DNA from: Nemertoderma westbladi
Taxonomy: Eukaryota; Animalia; Xenacoelomorpha
Direction of reading: 5' to 3'
Assembly: GCA_032718475.1 (NCBI GenBank)
Contig: JAUCBJ010002699.1
Coordinates: forward strand, 1 to 54,174
DNA: 54,174 nucleotides
Shown in pieces: positions 22,701 to 37,700 of this stretch. The position numbers and the translations under genes were made by a program. Positions within the stretch are counted from its first letter, which is position 1, and each line of letters opens with the position of its first letter. The notes beneath the pieces are model-generated. The model was not told the DNA's origin. It did no database searches and worked only from the letters and a program-made list of their open reading frames with translations.

Positions 22701-25700
22701 TATTGAATTTATTTTTGGTCTCAGACTGCTGTCGTTCTCCGTTACATATTGAATTTATTTTTGGTCTCAGACTGCTATCGTTCTCTGTTACATATTGAAT
22801 TTATTTTTGGTCTCAGACTGCTGTCTTTCTTCGTTACATATTGAATTTATTTTTGGTCTCAGACTGCTGTCGTTCTCCATTACATATTGAATTTATTTTT
22901 GGTCTCAGACTGCTGTCGTTACTCCGTTATATATTGAATTTATTTTTGGTCTTTGACTGCTGTTGTTACTCCGTTACATATTGAATTTATTTTTGGTCTC
23001 AGACTGCTGTCGTTCTCCGTTACATATTGAATTTATTTTTGGTCTCAGACTGCTGTCGTTCTCCGTTACATATTGAATTTATTTTTGGTCTCAGACTGCT
23101 ATCGTTCTCCGTTACATATTGAATTTGTTTTTGGTCTCAGACTGCTATCGTTCTCCGTTACATATTGAATTTGTTTTTGGTCTCAGACTGCTATCGTTCT
23201 CTGTTACATATTGAATTTATTTTTGGTCTCAGACTGCTATCGTTCTCCGTTACATATTGAATTTATTTTTGGTCTCAGACTGCTATCGTTATCTGTTACA
23301 TATTGAATTTATTTTTGGTCTCAGACTGCTGTCGTTCTCCATTACATATTGAATTTATTTTTCGTCTCAGACTGCTATCGTTATCTGTTACATATTGAAT
23401 TTATTTTTGGTCTCAGACTGCTATCGTTCTCTGTTACATATTGAATTTATTTTTGGTCTCAGACTGCTGTCGTTACTCCGTTACATATTGAATTTATTTT
23501 TGGTCTTTGACTGCTGTCGTTACTCCGTTACATATTGAATTTATTTTTGGTCTCAGACTGCTATCGTTCTCTGTTACATATTGAATTTATTTTTGGTCTT
23601 TGACTGCTGTTGTTACTCCGTTACATATTGAATTTATTTTTGGTCTCAGACTGCTATCGTTCTCTGTTACATATTGAATTTATTTTTGGTCTTAGACTGC
23701 TGTCGTTACTCTGTTACATATTGAATTTATTTTTGGTCTTTGACTGCTGTCGTTACTCCGTTACATATTGAATTTATTTATGGTCTCAGACTGCTGTCGT
23801 TACTCCATTACATATTGAATTTATTTTTGGTCTTTGACTGCTGTCGTTACTCCGTTACATATTGAATTTATTTTTGGTCTCAGACTGCTGTCGTTCTCCG
23901 TTACATATTGAATTTATTTTTGGTCTCAGACTGCTATCGTTCTCTGTTACATATTGAATTTATTTTTGGTCTTTGACTGCTGTCGTTACTCCGTTACATA
24001 TTGAATTTATTTTTGGTCTTAGACTGCTATCGTTCTCTGTTACATATTGAATATATTTTTGGTCTCAGACTTCTGTCGTTACTCCGTTATATATTGAATT
24101 TATTTTTGGTCTCAGACTGCTATCGTTCTCTGTTACATATTGAATTTATTTTTGGTCTCAGACTGCTGTCGTTACTCCGTTACATATTGAATTTATTTTT
24201 CGTCTCAGACTGCTATCGTTCTCTGTTACATATTGAATTTATTTTTGGTCTCAGACTGCTGTCGTTCTCCGTTACATATTGAATTTATTTTTCGTCTCAG
24301 ACTGCTATCGTTCTCTGTTACATATTGAATTTATTTTTGGTCTCAGACTGCTGTCGTTCTCCGTTACATATTGAATTTATTTTTCGTCTCAGACTGCTAT
24401 CGTTCTCTGTTACATATTGAATTTATTTTTGGTCTCAGACTGCTGTCGTTCTCCGTTACATATTGAATTTATTTTTCGTCTCAGACTGCTATCGTTCTCT
24501 GTTACATATTGAATTTATTTTTGGTCTCAGACTGCTATCGTTCTCTGTTACATATTGAATTTATTTTTGGTCTCAGACTGCTATCGTTCTCTGTTACATA
24601 TTGAATTTATTTTTGGTCTCAGACTGCTATCGTTCTCTGTTACATATTGAATTTATTTTTGGTCTTTGACTGCTGTCGTTACTCCGTTACATATTGAATT
24701 TATTTTTGGTCTCAGACTGCTGTCGTTCTCCGTTACATATTGAATTTATTTTTGGTCTCAGACTGCTATCGTTCTCTGTTACATATTGAATTTATTTTTG
24801 GTCTCAGACTGCTATCGTTCTCTGTTACATATTGAATTTATTTTTGGTCTTTGACTGCTGTCGTTACTCCGTTACATATTGAATTTATTTTTGGTCTCAG
24901 ACTGCTGTCGTTCTCCGTTACATATTGAATTTATTTTTGGTCTCAGACTGCTATCGTTCTCTGTTACATATTGAATTTATTTTTGGTCTTTGACTGCTGT
25001 CGTTACTCCGTTACATATTGAATTTATTTTTGGTCTTAGACTGCTATCGTTCTCTGTTACATATTGAATTTATTTTTGGTCTCAGACTGCTATCGTTCTC
25101 TGTTACATATTGAATTTATTTTTGGTCTTTGACTGCTGTCGTTACTCCGTTACATATTGAATTTATTTTTGGTCTTAGACTGCTATCGTTCTCTGTTACA
25201 TATTGAATATATTTTTGGTCTCAGACTTCTGTCGTTACTCCGTTATATATTGAATTTATTTTTGGTCTCAGACTGCTATCGTTCTCTGTTACATATTGAA
25301 TTTATTTTTGGTCTCAGACTGCTGTCGTTACTCCGTTACATATTGAATTTATTTTTCGTCTCAGACTGCTATCGTTCTCTGTTACATATTGAATTTATTT
25401 TTGGTCTCAGACTGCTGTCGTTCTCCGTTACATATTGAATTTATTTTTCGTCTCAGACTGCTATCGTTCTCTGTTACATATTGAATTTATTTTTGGTCTC
25501 AGACTGCTGTCGTTCTCCGTTACATATTGAATTTATTTTTCGTCTCAGACTGCTATCGTTCTCTGTTACATATTGAATTTATTTTTGGTCTCAGACTGCT
25601 GTCGTTCTCCGTTACATATTGAATTTATTTTTCGTCTCAGACTGCTATCGTTCTCTGTTACATATTGAATTTATTTTTGGTCTCAGACTGCTATCGTTCT

Positions 25701-28700
25701 CTGTTACATATTGAATTTATTTTTGGTCTCAGACTGCTGTCGTTCTCCGTTACATATTGAATTTATTTTTCGTCTCAGACTGCTATCGTTCTCTGTTACA
25801 TATTGAATTTATTTTTGGTCTCAGACTGCTGTCGTTCTCCGTTACATATTGAATTTATTTTTCGTCTCAGACTGCTATCGTTCTCTGTTACATATTGAAT
25901 TTATTTTTGGTCTCAGACTGCTGTCGTTCTCCGTTACATATTGAATTTATTTTTGGTCTCAGACTGCTATCGTTCTCTGTTACATATTGAATTTATTTTT
26001 GGTCTCAGACTGCTATCGTTCTCCGTTCCATATTGAATTTATTTTTGGTCTCAGACTGCTATCGTTCTCTGTTACATATTGAATTTATTTTTGGTCTCAG
26101 ACTGCTGTCGTTACTCCGTTACATATTGAATTTATTTTTGGTCTCAGACTGCTGTCGTTCTCCGTTACATATTGAATTTATTTTTGGTCTCAGACTGCTA
26201 TCGTTCTCTGTTACATATTGAATTTATTTTTGGTCTCAGACTGCTGTCGTTACTCCGTTACATATTGAATTTATTTTTGGTCTCAGACTGCTGTCGTTAC
26301 TCCGTTATATATTGAATTTATTTTTGGTCTTTGACTGCTGTTGTTACTCCGTTACATATTGAATTTATTTTTGGTCTCAGACTTCTGTCGTTACTCCGTT
26401 ATATATTGAATTTATTTTTGGTCTTTGACTGCTGTCGTTACTCCGTTACATATTGAATTTATTTTTGGTCTCAGACTGCTGTCGTTACTCCGTTATATAT
26501 TGAATTTATTTTTGGTCTTTGACTGCTGTTGTTACTCCGTTACATATTGAATTTATTTTTGGTCTCAGACTGCTATCGTTCTCTGTTACATATTGAATTT
26601 ATTTTTGGTCTCAGACTGCTGTCGTTACTCCGTTACATATTGAATTTATTTTTGGTCTCAGACTGCTGTCGTTACTCCGTTATATATTGAATTTATTTTT
26701 GGTCTTTGACTGCTGTTGTTACTCCGTTACATATTGAATTTATTTTTGGTCTCAGACTTCTGTCGTTACTCCGTTATATATTGAATTTATTTTTGGTCTT
26801 TGACTGCTGTTGTTACTCCGTTACATATTGAATTTATTTTTGGTCTCAGACTGCTATCGTTCTCTGTTACATATTGAATTTATTTTTGGTCTCAGACTGC
26901 TGTCGTTCTCCGTTACATATTGAATTTATTTTTGGTCTCAGACTGCTGTCGTTACTCCGTTACATATTGAATTTATTTTTGGTCTCAGACTGCTGTCGTT
27001 ACTCCGTTACATATTGAATTTATTTTTGGTCTCAGACTGCTGTCGTTCTCCGTTACATATTGAATTTATTTTTGGTCTCAGACTGCTGTCGTTACTCCGT
27101 TACATATTGAATTTATTTTTGGTCTCAGACTGCTATCGTTCTCTGTTACATATTGAATTTATTTTTGGTCTCAGACTGCTGTCGTTACTCCGTTACATAT
27201 TGAAGTTATTTTTGGTCTTTGACTGCTATCGTTACTCTGTTACATATTGAATTTATTTTTGGTCTCAGACTGCTGTCGTTACTCCGTTACATATTGAAGT
27301 TATTTTTGGTCTTTGACTGCTATCGTTACTCTGTTACATATTGAATTTATTTTTGGTCTCAGACTGCTGTCGTTACTCCGTTACATATTGAAGTTATTTT
27401 TGGTCTTTGACTGCTATCGTTACTCTGTTACATATTGAATTTATTTTTGGTCTCAGACTGCTATCGTTCTCTGTTACATATTGAATTTATTTTTGGTCTC
27501 AGACTGCTGTCGTTACTCCGTTACATATTGAATTTGTTTTTGGTCTCAGACTGCTGTCGTTACTCCGTTACATATTGAATTTATTTTTGGTCTCAGACTG
27601 CTGTCGTTCTCCGTTACATATTGAATTTATTTTTGGTCTCAGACTGCTGTCGTTCTCCGTTACATATTGAATTTGTTTTTGGTCTCAGACTGCTGTCGTT
27701 CTCCGTTCCATATTGAATTTATTTTTGGTCTCAGACTGCTGTCGTTCTCCGTTACATATTGAATTTATTTTTGGTCTCAGACTGCTGTCGTTCTCCGTTA
27801 CATATTGAATTTATTTTTGGTCTCAGACTGCTATCGTTCTCTGTTACATATTGAATTTATTTTTGGTCTCAGACTGCTGTCTTTCTCCGTTCCATATTGA
27901 ATTTATTTTTGGTCTCAGACTGCTGTCGTTACTCCGTTACATATTGAATTTATTTTTGGTCTCAGACTGCTGTCGTTCTCCGTTCCATATTGAATTTATT
28001 TTTGGTCTCAGACTGCTGTCGTTACTCCGTTACATATTGAATTTATTTTTGGTCTCAGACTGCTGTCGTTCTCCGTTACATATTGAATTTGTTTTTGGTC
28101 TCAGACTGCTGTCGTTCTCCGTTCCATATTGAATTTATTTTTGGTCTCAGACTGCTGTCGTTCTCCGTTACATATTGAATTTATTTTTGGTCTCAGACTG
28201 CTGTCGTTCTCCGTTACATATTGAATTTATTTTTGGTCTTTGACTGCTATCGTTCTCCGTTACATATTGAATTTATTTTTGGTCTTTGACTGCTGTCGTT
28301 CTCCGTTACATATTGAATTTATTTTTGGTCTCAGACTGCTATCGTTCTCTGTTACATATTGAATTTATTTTTGGTCTCAGACTGCTGTCTTTCTTCGTTA
28401 CATATTGAATTTATTTTTGGTCTCAGACTGCTGTCGTTCTCCATTACATATTGAATTTATTTTTGGTCTCAGACTGCTGTCGTTCTCCGTTACATATTGA
28501 ATTTATTTTTGGTCTCAGACTGCTGTCGTTCTCCGTTACATATTGAATTTATTTTTGGTCTCAGACTGCTATCGTTCTCCGTTACATATTGAATTTGTTT
28601 TTGGTCTCAGACTGCTATCGTTCTCCGTTACATATTGAATTTGTTTTTGGTCTCAGACTGCTGTCGTTCTCCATTACATATTGAATTTATTTTTGGTCTC

Positions 28701-31700
28701 AGACTGCTGTCGTTCTCCGTTACATATTGAATTTATTTTTGGTCTCAGACTGCTATCGTTCTCTGTTACATATTGAATTTATTTTTGGTCTCAGACTGCT
28801 GTCGTTACTCCGTTACATATTGAATTTATTTTTGGTCTTTGACTGCTGTCGTTACTCCGTTACATATTGAATTTATTTTTGGTCTCAGACTGCTATCGTT
28901 CTCTGTTACATATTGAATTTATTTTTGGTCTCAGACTGCTGTCGTTCTCCATTACATATTGAATTTATTTTTCGTCTCAGACTGCTATCGTTATCTGTTA
29001 CATATTGAATTTATTTTTGGTCTCAGACTGCTGTCGTTACTCCGTTACATATTGAATTTATTTTTGGTCTTTGACTGCTGTCGTTACTCCGTTACATATT
29101 GAATTTATTTTTGGTCTCAGACTGCTATCGTTCTCCGTTACATATTGAATTTATTTTTGGTCTCAGACTGCTATCGTTCTCTGTTACATATTGAATTTAT
29201 TTTTGGTCTTAGACTGCTGTCGTTACTCTGTTACATATTGAATTTATTTTTGGTCTTTGACTGCTGTCGTTACTCCGTTACATATTGAATTTATTTATGG
29301 TCTCAGACTGCTGTCGTTACTCCATTACATATTGAATTTATTTTTGGTCTTTGACTGCTGTCGTTACTCCGTTACATATTGAATTTATTTTTGGTCTCAG
29401 ACTGCTGTCGTTACTCCGTTACATATTGAATTTATTTTTGGTCTCAGACTGCTATCGTTCTCCGTTACATATTGAATTTATTTTTGGTCTTTGACTGCTG
29501 TCGTTACTCCGTTACATATTGAATTTATTTTTGGTCTTAGACTGCTATCGTTCTCTGTTACATATTGAATATATTTTTGGTCTCAGACTTCTGTCGTTAC
29601 TCCGTTATATATTGAATTTATTTTTGGTCTTTGACTGCTGTCGTTCTCCATTACATATTGAATTTATTTTTGGTCTCAGACTGCTGTCGTTACTCCGTTA
29701 CATATTGAATTTGTTTTTGGTCTCAGACTGCTGTCGTTCTCCGTTACATATTGAATTTATTTTTGGTCTCAGACTGCTGTCGTTCTCCGTTACATATTGA
29801 ATTTATTTTTGGTCTCAGACTGCTATCGTTCTCTGTTACATATTGAATTTATTTTTGGTCTCAGACTGCTGTCGTTACTCCGTTACATATTGAATTTGTT
29901 TTTGGTCTCAGACTGCTGTCGTTCTCCGTTACATATTGAATTTATTTTTGGTCTCAGACTGCTATCGTTCTCTGTTACATATTGAATTTATTTTTGGTCT
30001 CAGACTGCTGTCGTTCTCCATTACATATTGAATTTATTTTTGGTCTCAGACTGCTGTCGTTACTCCGTTACATATTGAATTTGTTTTTGGTCTCAGACTG
30101 CTGTCGTTCTCCGTTACATATTGAATTTATTTTTGGTCTCAGACTGCTGTCGTTACTCCGTTACATATTGAATTTATTTTTGGTCTCAGACTGCTATCGT
30201 TCTCCGTTACATATTGAATTTATTTTTGGTCTCAGACTGCTGTCGTTCTCTGTTACATATTGAATTTATTTTTGGTCTTTGACTGCTGTCGTTACTCCGT
30301 TACATATTGAATTTATTTTTGGTCTCAGACTGCTATCGTTCTCCGTTACATATTGAATTTATTTTTGGTCTCAGACTGCTGTCGTTCTCCGTTACATATT
30401 GAATTTATTTTTGGTCTCAGACTGCTGTCGTTCTCCATTACATATTGAATTTATTTTTGGTCTCAGACTGCTGTCGTTCTCCGTTACATATTGAATTTAT
30501 TTTTGGTCTCAGACTGCTGTCGTTCTCCGTTACATATTGAATTTATTTTTGGTCTCAGACTGCTGTCGTTCTCCGTTACATATTGAATTTGTTTTTGGTC
30601 TCAGACTGCTGTCGTTCTCCGTTACATATTGAATTTATTTTTGGTCTCAGACTGCTGTCGTTCTCCGTTACATATTGAATTTATTTTTGGTCTCAGACTG
30701 CTGTCGTTCTCCGTTACATATTGAATTTATTTTTGGTCTCAGACTGCTATCGTTCTCTGTTACATATTGAATTTATTTTTGGTCTTTGACTGCTGTCGTT
30801 ACTCCGTTACATATTGAATTTATTTTTGGTCTCAGACTGCTGTCGTTCTCCGTTACATATTGAATTTGTTTTTGGTCTCAGACTGCTGTCGTTCTCCGTT
30901 ACATATTGAATTTATTTTTGGTCTTAGACTGCTATCGTTCTCTGTTACATATTGAATATATTTTTGGTCTCAGACTTCTGTCGTTACTCCGTTATATATT
31001 GAATTTATTTTTGGTCTTTGACTGCTGTCGTTCTCCGTTACATATTGAATTTATTTTTGGTCTCAGACTGCTGTCGTTCTCCGTTACATATTGAATTTAT
31101 TTTTGGTCTCAGACTGCTGTCGTTCTCCGTTACATATTGAATTTATTTTTGGTCTCAGACTGCTGTCGTTCTCCGTTACATATTGAATTTATTTTTGGTC
31201 TCAGACTGCTGTCGTTCTCCGTTACATATTGAATTTATTTTTGGTCTCAGACTGCTGTCGTTCTCCGTTACCTATTGAATTTATTTTTGGTCTCAGACTG
31301 CTGTCGTTCTCCGTTACATATTGAATTTATTTTTGGTCTCAGACTGCTGTCGTTCTCCGTTACATATTGAATTTATTTTTGGTCTCAGACTGCTGTCGTT
31401 CTCCGTTACATATTGAATTTGTTTTTGGTCTCAGACTGCTGTTGTTCTCAATTACATATTGAATTTATTTTTGGTCTCAGACTGCTGTCGTTCTCCGTTA
31501 CATATTGAATTTATTTTTGGTCTCAGACTGCTGTCTTTCTTCGTTACATATTGAATTTATTTTTGGTCTCAGACTGCTGTCGTTCTCCATTACATATTGA
31601 ATTTATTTTTGGTCTCAGACTGCTGTCGTTCTCCGTTACATATTGAATTTATTTTTGGTCTCAGACTGCTGTCGTTCTCCGTTACATATTGAATTTATTT

Positions 31701-34700
31701 TTGGTCTCAGACTGCTGTCGTTCTCCGTTACATATTGAATTTATTTTTGGTCTCAGACTGCTATCGTTCTCTGTTACATATTGAATTTATTTTTGGTCTT
31801 TGACTGCTGTCGTTCTCCGTTATATATTGAATTTATTTTTGGTCTTTGACTGCTGCCGTTACTCCGTTACATATTGAATTTGTTTTTGGTCTCAGACTGC
31901 TGTCGTTCTCCGTTACATATTGAATTTATTTTTGGTCTCAGACTGCTATCGTTCTCTGTTACATATTGAATTTATTTTTGGTCTCAGACTGCTATCGTTC
32001 TCTGTTACATATTGAATTTATTTTTGGTCTCAGACTTCTGTCGTTACTCCGTTATATATTGAATTTATTTTTGGTCTTTGACTGCTGCCGTTACTCCGTT
32101 ACATATTGAATTTGTTTTTGGTCTCAGACTGCTGTCGTTCTCCGTTACATATTGAATTTATTTTTGGTCTCAGACTGCTATCGTTCTCTGTTACATATTG
32201 AATTTATTTTTGGTCTCAGACTTCTGTCGTTACTCCGTTATATATTGAATTTATTTTTGGTCTCAGACTGCTGTCGTTCTCCGTTACATATTGAATTTAT
32301 TTTTGGTCTCAGACTGCTGTCGTTACTCCGTTACATATTGAATTTATTTTTGGTCTCAGACTGCTGTCGTTACTCCGTTACATATTGAATTTATTTTTGG
32401 TCTCAGACTGCTGTCGTTACTCCGTTACATATTGAATTTATTTTTGGTCTCAGACTGCTGTCGTTACTCCGTTACATATTGAATTTATTTTTGGTCTCAG
32501 ACTGCTGTCGTTACTCCGTTACATATTGAATTTATTTTTGGTCTCAGACTGCTGTCGTTACTCCGTTACATATTGAATTTATTTTTGGTCTCAGACTGCT
32601 GTCGTTACTCCGTTACATATTGAATTTATTTTTGGTCTCAGACTGCTATCGTTCTCTGTTACATATTGAATTTATTTTTGGTCTCAGACTGCTGTCGTTA
32701 CTCCGTTACATATTGAATTTATTTTTGGTCTCAGACTGCTGTCGTTACTCCGTTACATATTGAATTTATTTTTGGTCTCAGACTGCTGCCGTTACTCCGT
32801 TACATATTGAATTTGTTTTTGGTCTCAGACTGCTGTCGTTCTCCGTTACATATTGAATTTATTTTTGGTCTCAGACTGCTATCGTTCTCTGTTACATATT
32901 GAATTTATTTTTGGTCTCAGACTGCTGTCGTTACTCCGTTACATATTGAATTTATTTTTGGTCTCAGACTGCTGCCGTTACTCCGTTACATATTGAATTT
33001 GTTTTTGGTCTCAGACTGCTGTCGTTCTCCGTTACATATTGAATTTATTTTTGGTCTCAGACTGCTGCCGTTACTCCGTTACATATTGAATTTGTTTTTG
33101 GTCTCAGACTGCTGTCGTTACTCCGTTACATATTGAATTTATTTTTGGTCTCAGACTGCTGCCGTTACTCCGTTACATATTGAATTTGTTTTTGGTCTCA
33201 GACTGCTGTCGTTCTCCGTTACATATTGAATTTATTTTTGGTCTCAGACTGCTGTCGTTCTCCGTTACATATTGAATTTGTTTTTGGTCTCAGACTGCTG
33301 TCGTTCTCCGTTACATATTGAATTTATTTTTGGTCTCAGACTGCTGTCGTTCTCCGTTACATATTGAATTTATTTTTGGTCTCAGACTGCTGTCGTTCTC
33401 CGTTACATATTGAATTTATTTTTGGTCTCAGACTGCTATCGTTCTCTGTTACATATTGAATTTATTTTTGGTCTTTGACTGCTGTCGTTACTCCGTTACA
33501 TATTGAATTTATTTTTGGTCTTAGACTGCTATCGTTCTCTGTTACATATTGAATATATTTTTGGTCTCAGACTTCTGTCGTTACTCCGTTATATATTGAA
33601 TTTATTTTTGGTCTTTGACTGCTGTCGTTACTCTGTTACATATTGAATTTATTTTTGGTCTCAGACTGCTATCGTTCTCTGTTACATATTGAATTTATTT
33701 TTGGTCTTTGACTGCTGTCGTTACTCCGTTACATATTGAATTTATATTTGGTCTCAGACTGCTGTCGTTCTCCGTTACATATTGAATTTATTTTTGGTCT
33801 CAGACTGCTATCGTTCTCCGTTACATATTGAATTTGTTTTTGGTCTCAGACTGCTGTCGTTCTCCGTTACATATTGAATTTATTTTTGGTCTCAGACTGC
33901 TATCGTTCTCTGTTACATATTGAATTTATTTTTGGTCTCAGACTGCTATCGTTCTCTGTTACATATTGAATTTATTTTTGGTCTCAGACTGCTGTCGTTA
34001 CTCCGTTACATATTGAATTTATTTTTGGTCTCAGACTGCTATCGTTCTCCGTTACATATTGAATTTATTTTTGGTCTCAGACTGCTGTCGTTCTCTGTTA
34101 CATATTGAATTTATTTTTGGTCTTTGACTGCTGTCGTTACTCCGTTACATATTGAATTTATTTTTGGTCTCAGACTGCTATCGTTCTCCGTTACATATTG
34201 AATTTATTTTTGGTCTCAGACTGCTGTCGTTCTCCGTTACATATTGAATTTATTTTTGGTCTCAGACTGCTGTCGTTCTCCATTACATATTGAATTTATT
34301 TTTGGTCTCAGACTGCTGTCGTTCTCCGTTACATATTGAATTTATTTTTGGTCTCAGACTGCTGTCGTTCTCCGTTACATATTGAATTTATTTTTGGTCT
34401 CAGACTGCTGTCGTTCTCCGTTACATATTAAATTTGTTTTTGGTCTCAGACTGCTGTCGTTCTCCGTTACATATTGAATTTATTTTTGGTCTCAGACTGC
34501 TGTCGTTCTCCGTTACATATTGAATTTATTTTTGGTCTCAGACTGCTGTCGTTCTCCGTTACATATTGAATTTATTTTTGGTCTCAGACTGCTATCGTTC
34601 TCTGTTACATATTGAATTTATTTTTGGTCTTTGACTGCTGTCGTTACTCCGTTACATATTGAATTTATTTTTGGTCTTAGACTGCTATCGTTCTCTGTTA

Positions 34701-37700
34701 CATATTGAATATATTTTTGGTCTCAGACTTCTGTCGTTACTCCGTTATATATTGAATTTATTTTTGGTCTTTGACTGCTGTCGTTACTCTGTTACATATT
34801 GAATTTATTTTTGGTCTCAGACTGCTATCGTTCTCTGTTACATATTGAATTTATTTTTGGTCTTTGACTGCTGTCGTTACTCCGTTACATATTGAATTTA
34901 TATTTGGTCTCAGACTGCTGTCGTTCTCCGTTACATATTGAATTTATTTTTGGTCTCAGACTGCTATCGTTCTCCGTTACATATTGAATTTGTTTTTGGT
35001 CTCAGACTGCTGTCGTTCTCCGTTACATATTGAATTTATTTTTGGTCTCAGACTGCTATCGTTCTCTGTTACATATTGAATTTATTTTTGGTCTCAGACT
35101 GCTATCGTTCTCTGTTACATATTGAATTTATTTTTGGTCTCAGACTGCTGTCGTTACTCCGTTACATATTGAATTTATTTTTGGTCTCAGACTGCTATCG
35201 TTCTCCGTTACATATTGAATTTATTTTTGGTCTCAGACTGCTGTCGTTCTCTGTTACATATTGAATTTATTTTTGGTCTTTGACTGCTGTCGTTACTCCG
35301 TTACATATTGAATTTATTTTTGGTCTCAGACTGCTATCGTTCTCCGTTACATATTGAATTTATTTTTGGTCTCAGACTGCTGTCGTTCTCCGTTACATAT
35401 TGAATTTGTTTTTGGTCTCAGACTGCTGTCGTTCTCCGTTACATATTGAATTTATTTTTGGTCTCAGACTGCTATCGTTCTCTGTTACATATTGAATTTA
35501 TTTTTGGTCTCAGACTGCTATCGTTCTCTGTTACATATTGAATTTATTTTTGGTCTCAGACTGCTGTCGTTACTCCGTTACATATTGAATTTATTTTTGG
35601 TCTCAGACTGCTATCGTTCTCCGTTACATATTGAATTTATTTTTGGTCTCAGACTGCTGTCGTTCTCTGTTACATATTGAATTTATTTTTGGTCTTTGAC
35701 TGCTGTCGTTACTCCGTTACATATTGAATTTATTTTTGGTCTCAGACTGCTATCGTTCTCCGTTACATATTGAATTTATTTTTGGTCTCAGACTGCTGTC
35801 GTTCTCAGTTACATATTGAATTTATTTTTGGTCTCAGACTGCTGTCGTTCTCCATTACATATTGAATTTATTTTTGGTCTCAGACTGCTGTCGTTCTCCG
35901 TTACATATTGAATTTATTTTTGGTCTCAGACTGCTGTCGTTCTCCGTTACATATTGAATTTATTTTTGGTCTCAGACTGCTGTCGTTCTCCGTTACATAT
36001 TGAATTTGTTTTTGGTCTCAGACTGCTGTCGTTCTCCGTTACATATTGAATTTATTTTTGGTCTCAGACTGCTGTCGTTCTCCGTTACATATTGAATTTA
36101 TTTTTGGTCTCAGACTGCTGTCATTCTCCGTTACATATTGAATTTATTTTTGGTCTTTGACTGCTGTCGTTACTCCGTTACATATTGAATTTATTTTTGG
36201 TCTTAGACTGCTATCGTTCTCTGTTACATATTGAATATATTTTTGGTCTCAGACTTCTGTCGTTACTCCGTTATATATTGAATTTATTTTTGGTCTTTGA
36301 CTGCTGTCGTTACTCTGTTACATATTGAATTGATTTTTGGTCTCAGACTTCTGTCGTTCTCCGTTACATATTGAATTTATTTTTGGTCTCAGACTGCTGT
36401 CGTTCTCCGTTGCATATTGAATTTATTTTTGGTCTCAGACTGCTATCGTTCTCTGTTACATATTGAATTTATTTTTGGTCTTTGACTGCTGTCGTTACTC
36501 CGTTACATATTGAATTTATATTTGGTCTCAGACTGCTGTCGTTCTCCGTTACATATTGAATTTATTTTTGGTCTCAGACTGCTATCGTTCTCCGTTACAT
36601 ATTGAATTTGTTTTTGGTCTCAGACTGCTGTCGTTCTCCGTTACATATTGAATTTATTTTTGGTCTCAGACTGCTATCGTTCTCTGTTACATATTGAATT
36701 TATTTTTGGTCTCAGACTGCTATCGTTCTCTGTTACATATTGAATTTATTTTTGGTCTCAGACTGCTGTCGTTACTCCGTTACATATTGAATTTATTTTT
36801 GGTCTCAGACTGCTGTCGTTCTCCGTTACATATTGAATTTGTTTTTGGTCTCAGACTGCTGTCGTTCTCCGTTACATATTGAATTTATTTTTGGTCTCAG
36901 ACTGCTATCGTTCTCTGTTACATATTGAATTTATTTTTGGTCTCAGACTGCTATCGTTCTCTGTTACATATTGAATTTATTTTTGGTCTCAGACTGCTGT
37001 CGTTACTCCGTTACATATTGAATTTATTTTTGGTCTCAGACTGCTATCGTTCTCCGTTACATATTGAATTTATTTTTGGTCTCAGACTGCTGTCGTTCTC
37101 TGTTACATATTGAATTTATTTTTGGTCTTTGACTGCTGTCGTTACTCCGTTACATATTGAATTTATTTTTGGTCTCAGACTGCTATCGTTCTCCGTTACA
37201 TATTGAATTTATTTTTGGTCTCAGACTGCTGTCGTTCTCAGTTACATATTGAATTTATTTTTGGTCTCAGACTGCTGTCGTTCTCCATTACATATTGAAT
37301 TTATTTTTGGTCTCAGACTGCTGTCGTTCTCCGTTACATATTGAATTTATTTTTGGTCTCAGACTGCTGTCGTTCTCCGTTACATATTGAATTTATTTTT
37401 GGTCTCAGACTGCTGTCGTTCTCCGTTACATATTGAATTTGTTTTTGGTCTCAGACTGCTGTCGTTCTCCGTTACATATTGAATTTATTTTTGGTCTCAG
37501 ACTGCTGTCGTTCTCCGTTACATATTGAATTTATTTTTGGTCTCAGACTGCTGTCATTCTCCGTTACATATTGAATTTATTTTTGGTCTCAGACTGCTAT
37601 CGTTCTCTGTTACATATTGAATTTATTTTTGGTCTTTGACTGCTGTCGTTACTCCGTTACATATTGAATTTATTTTTGGTCTTAGACTGCTATCGTTCTC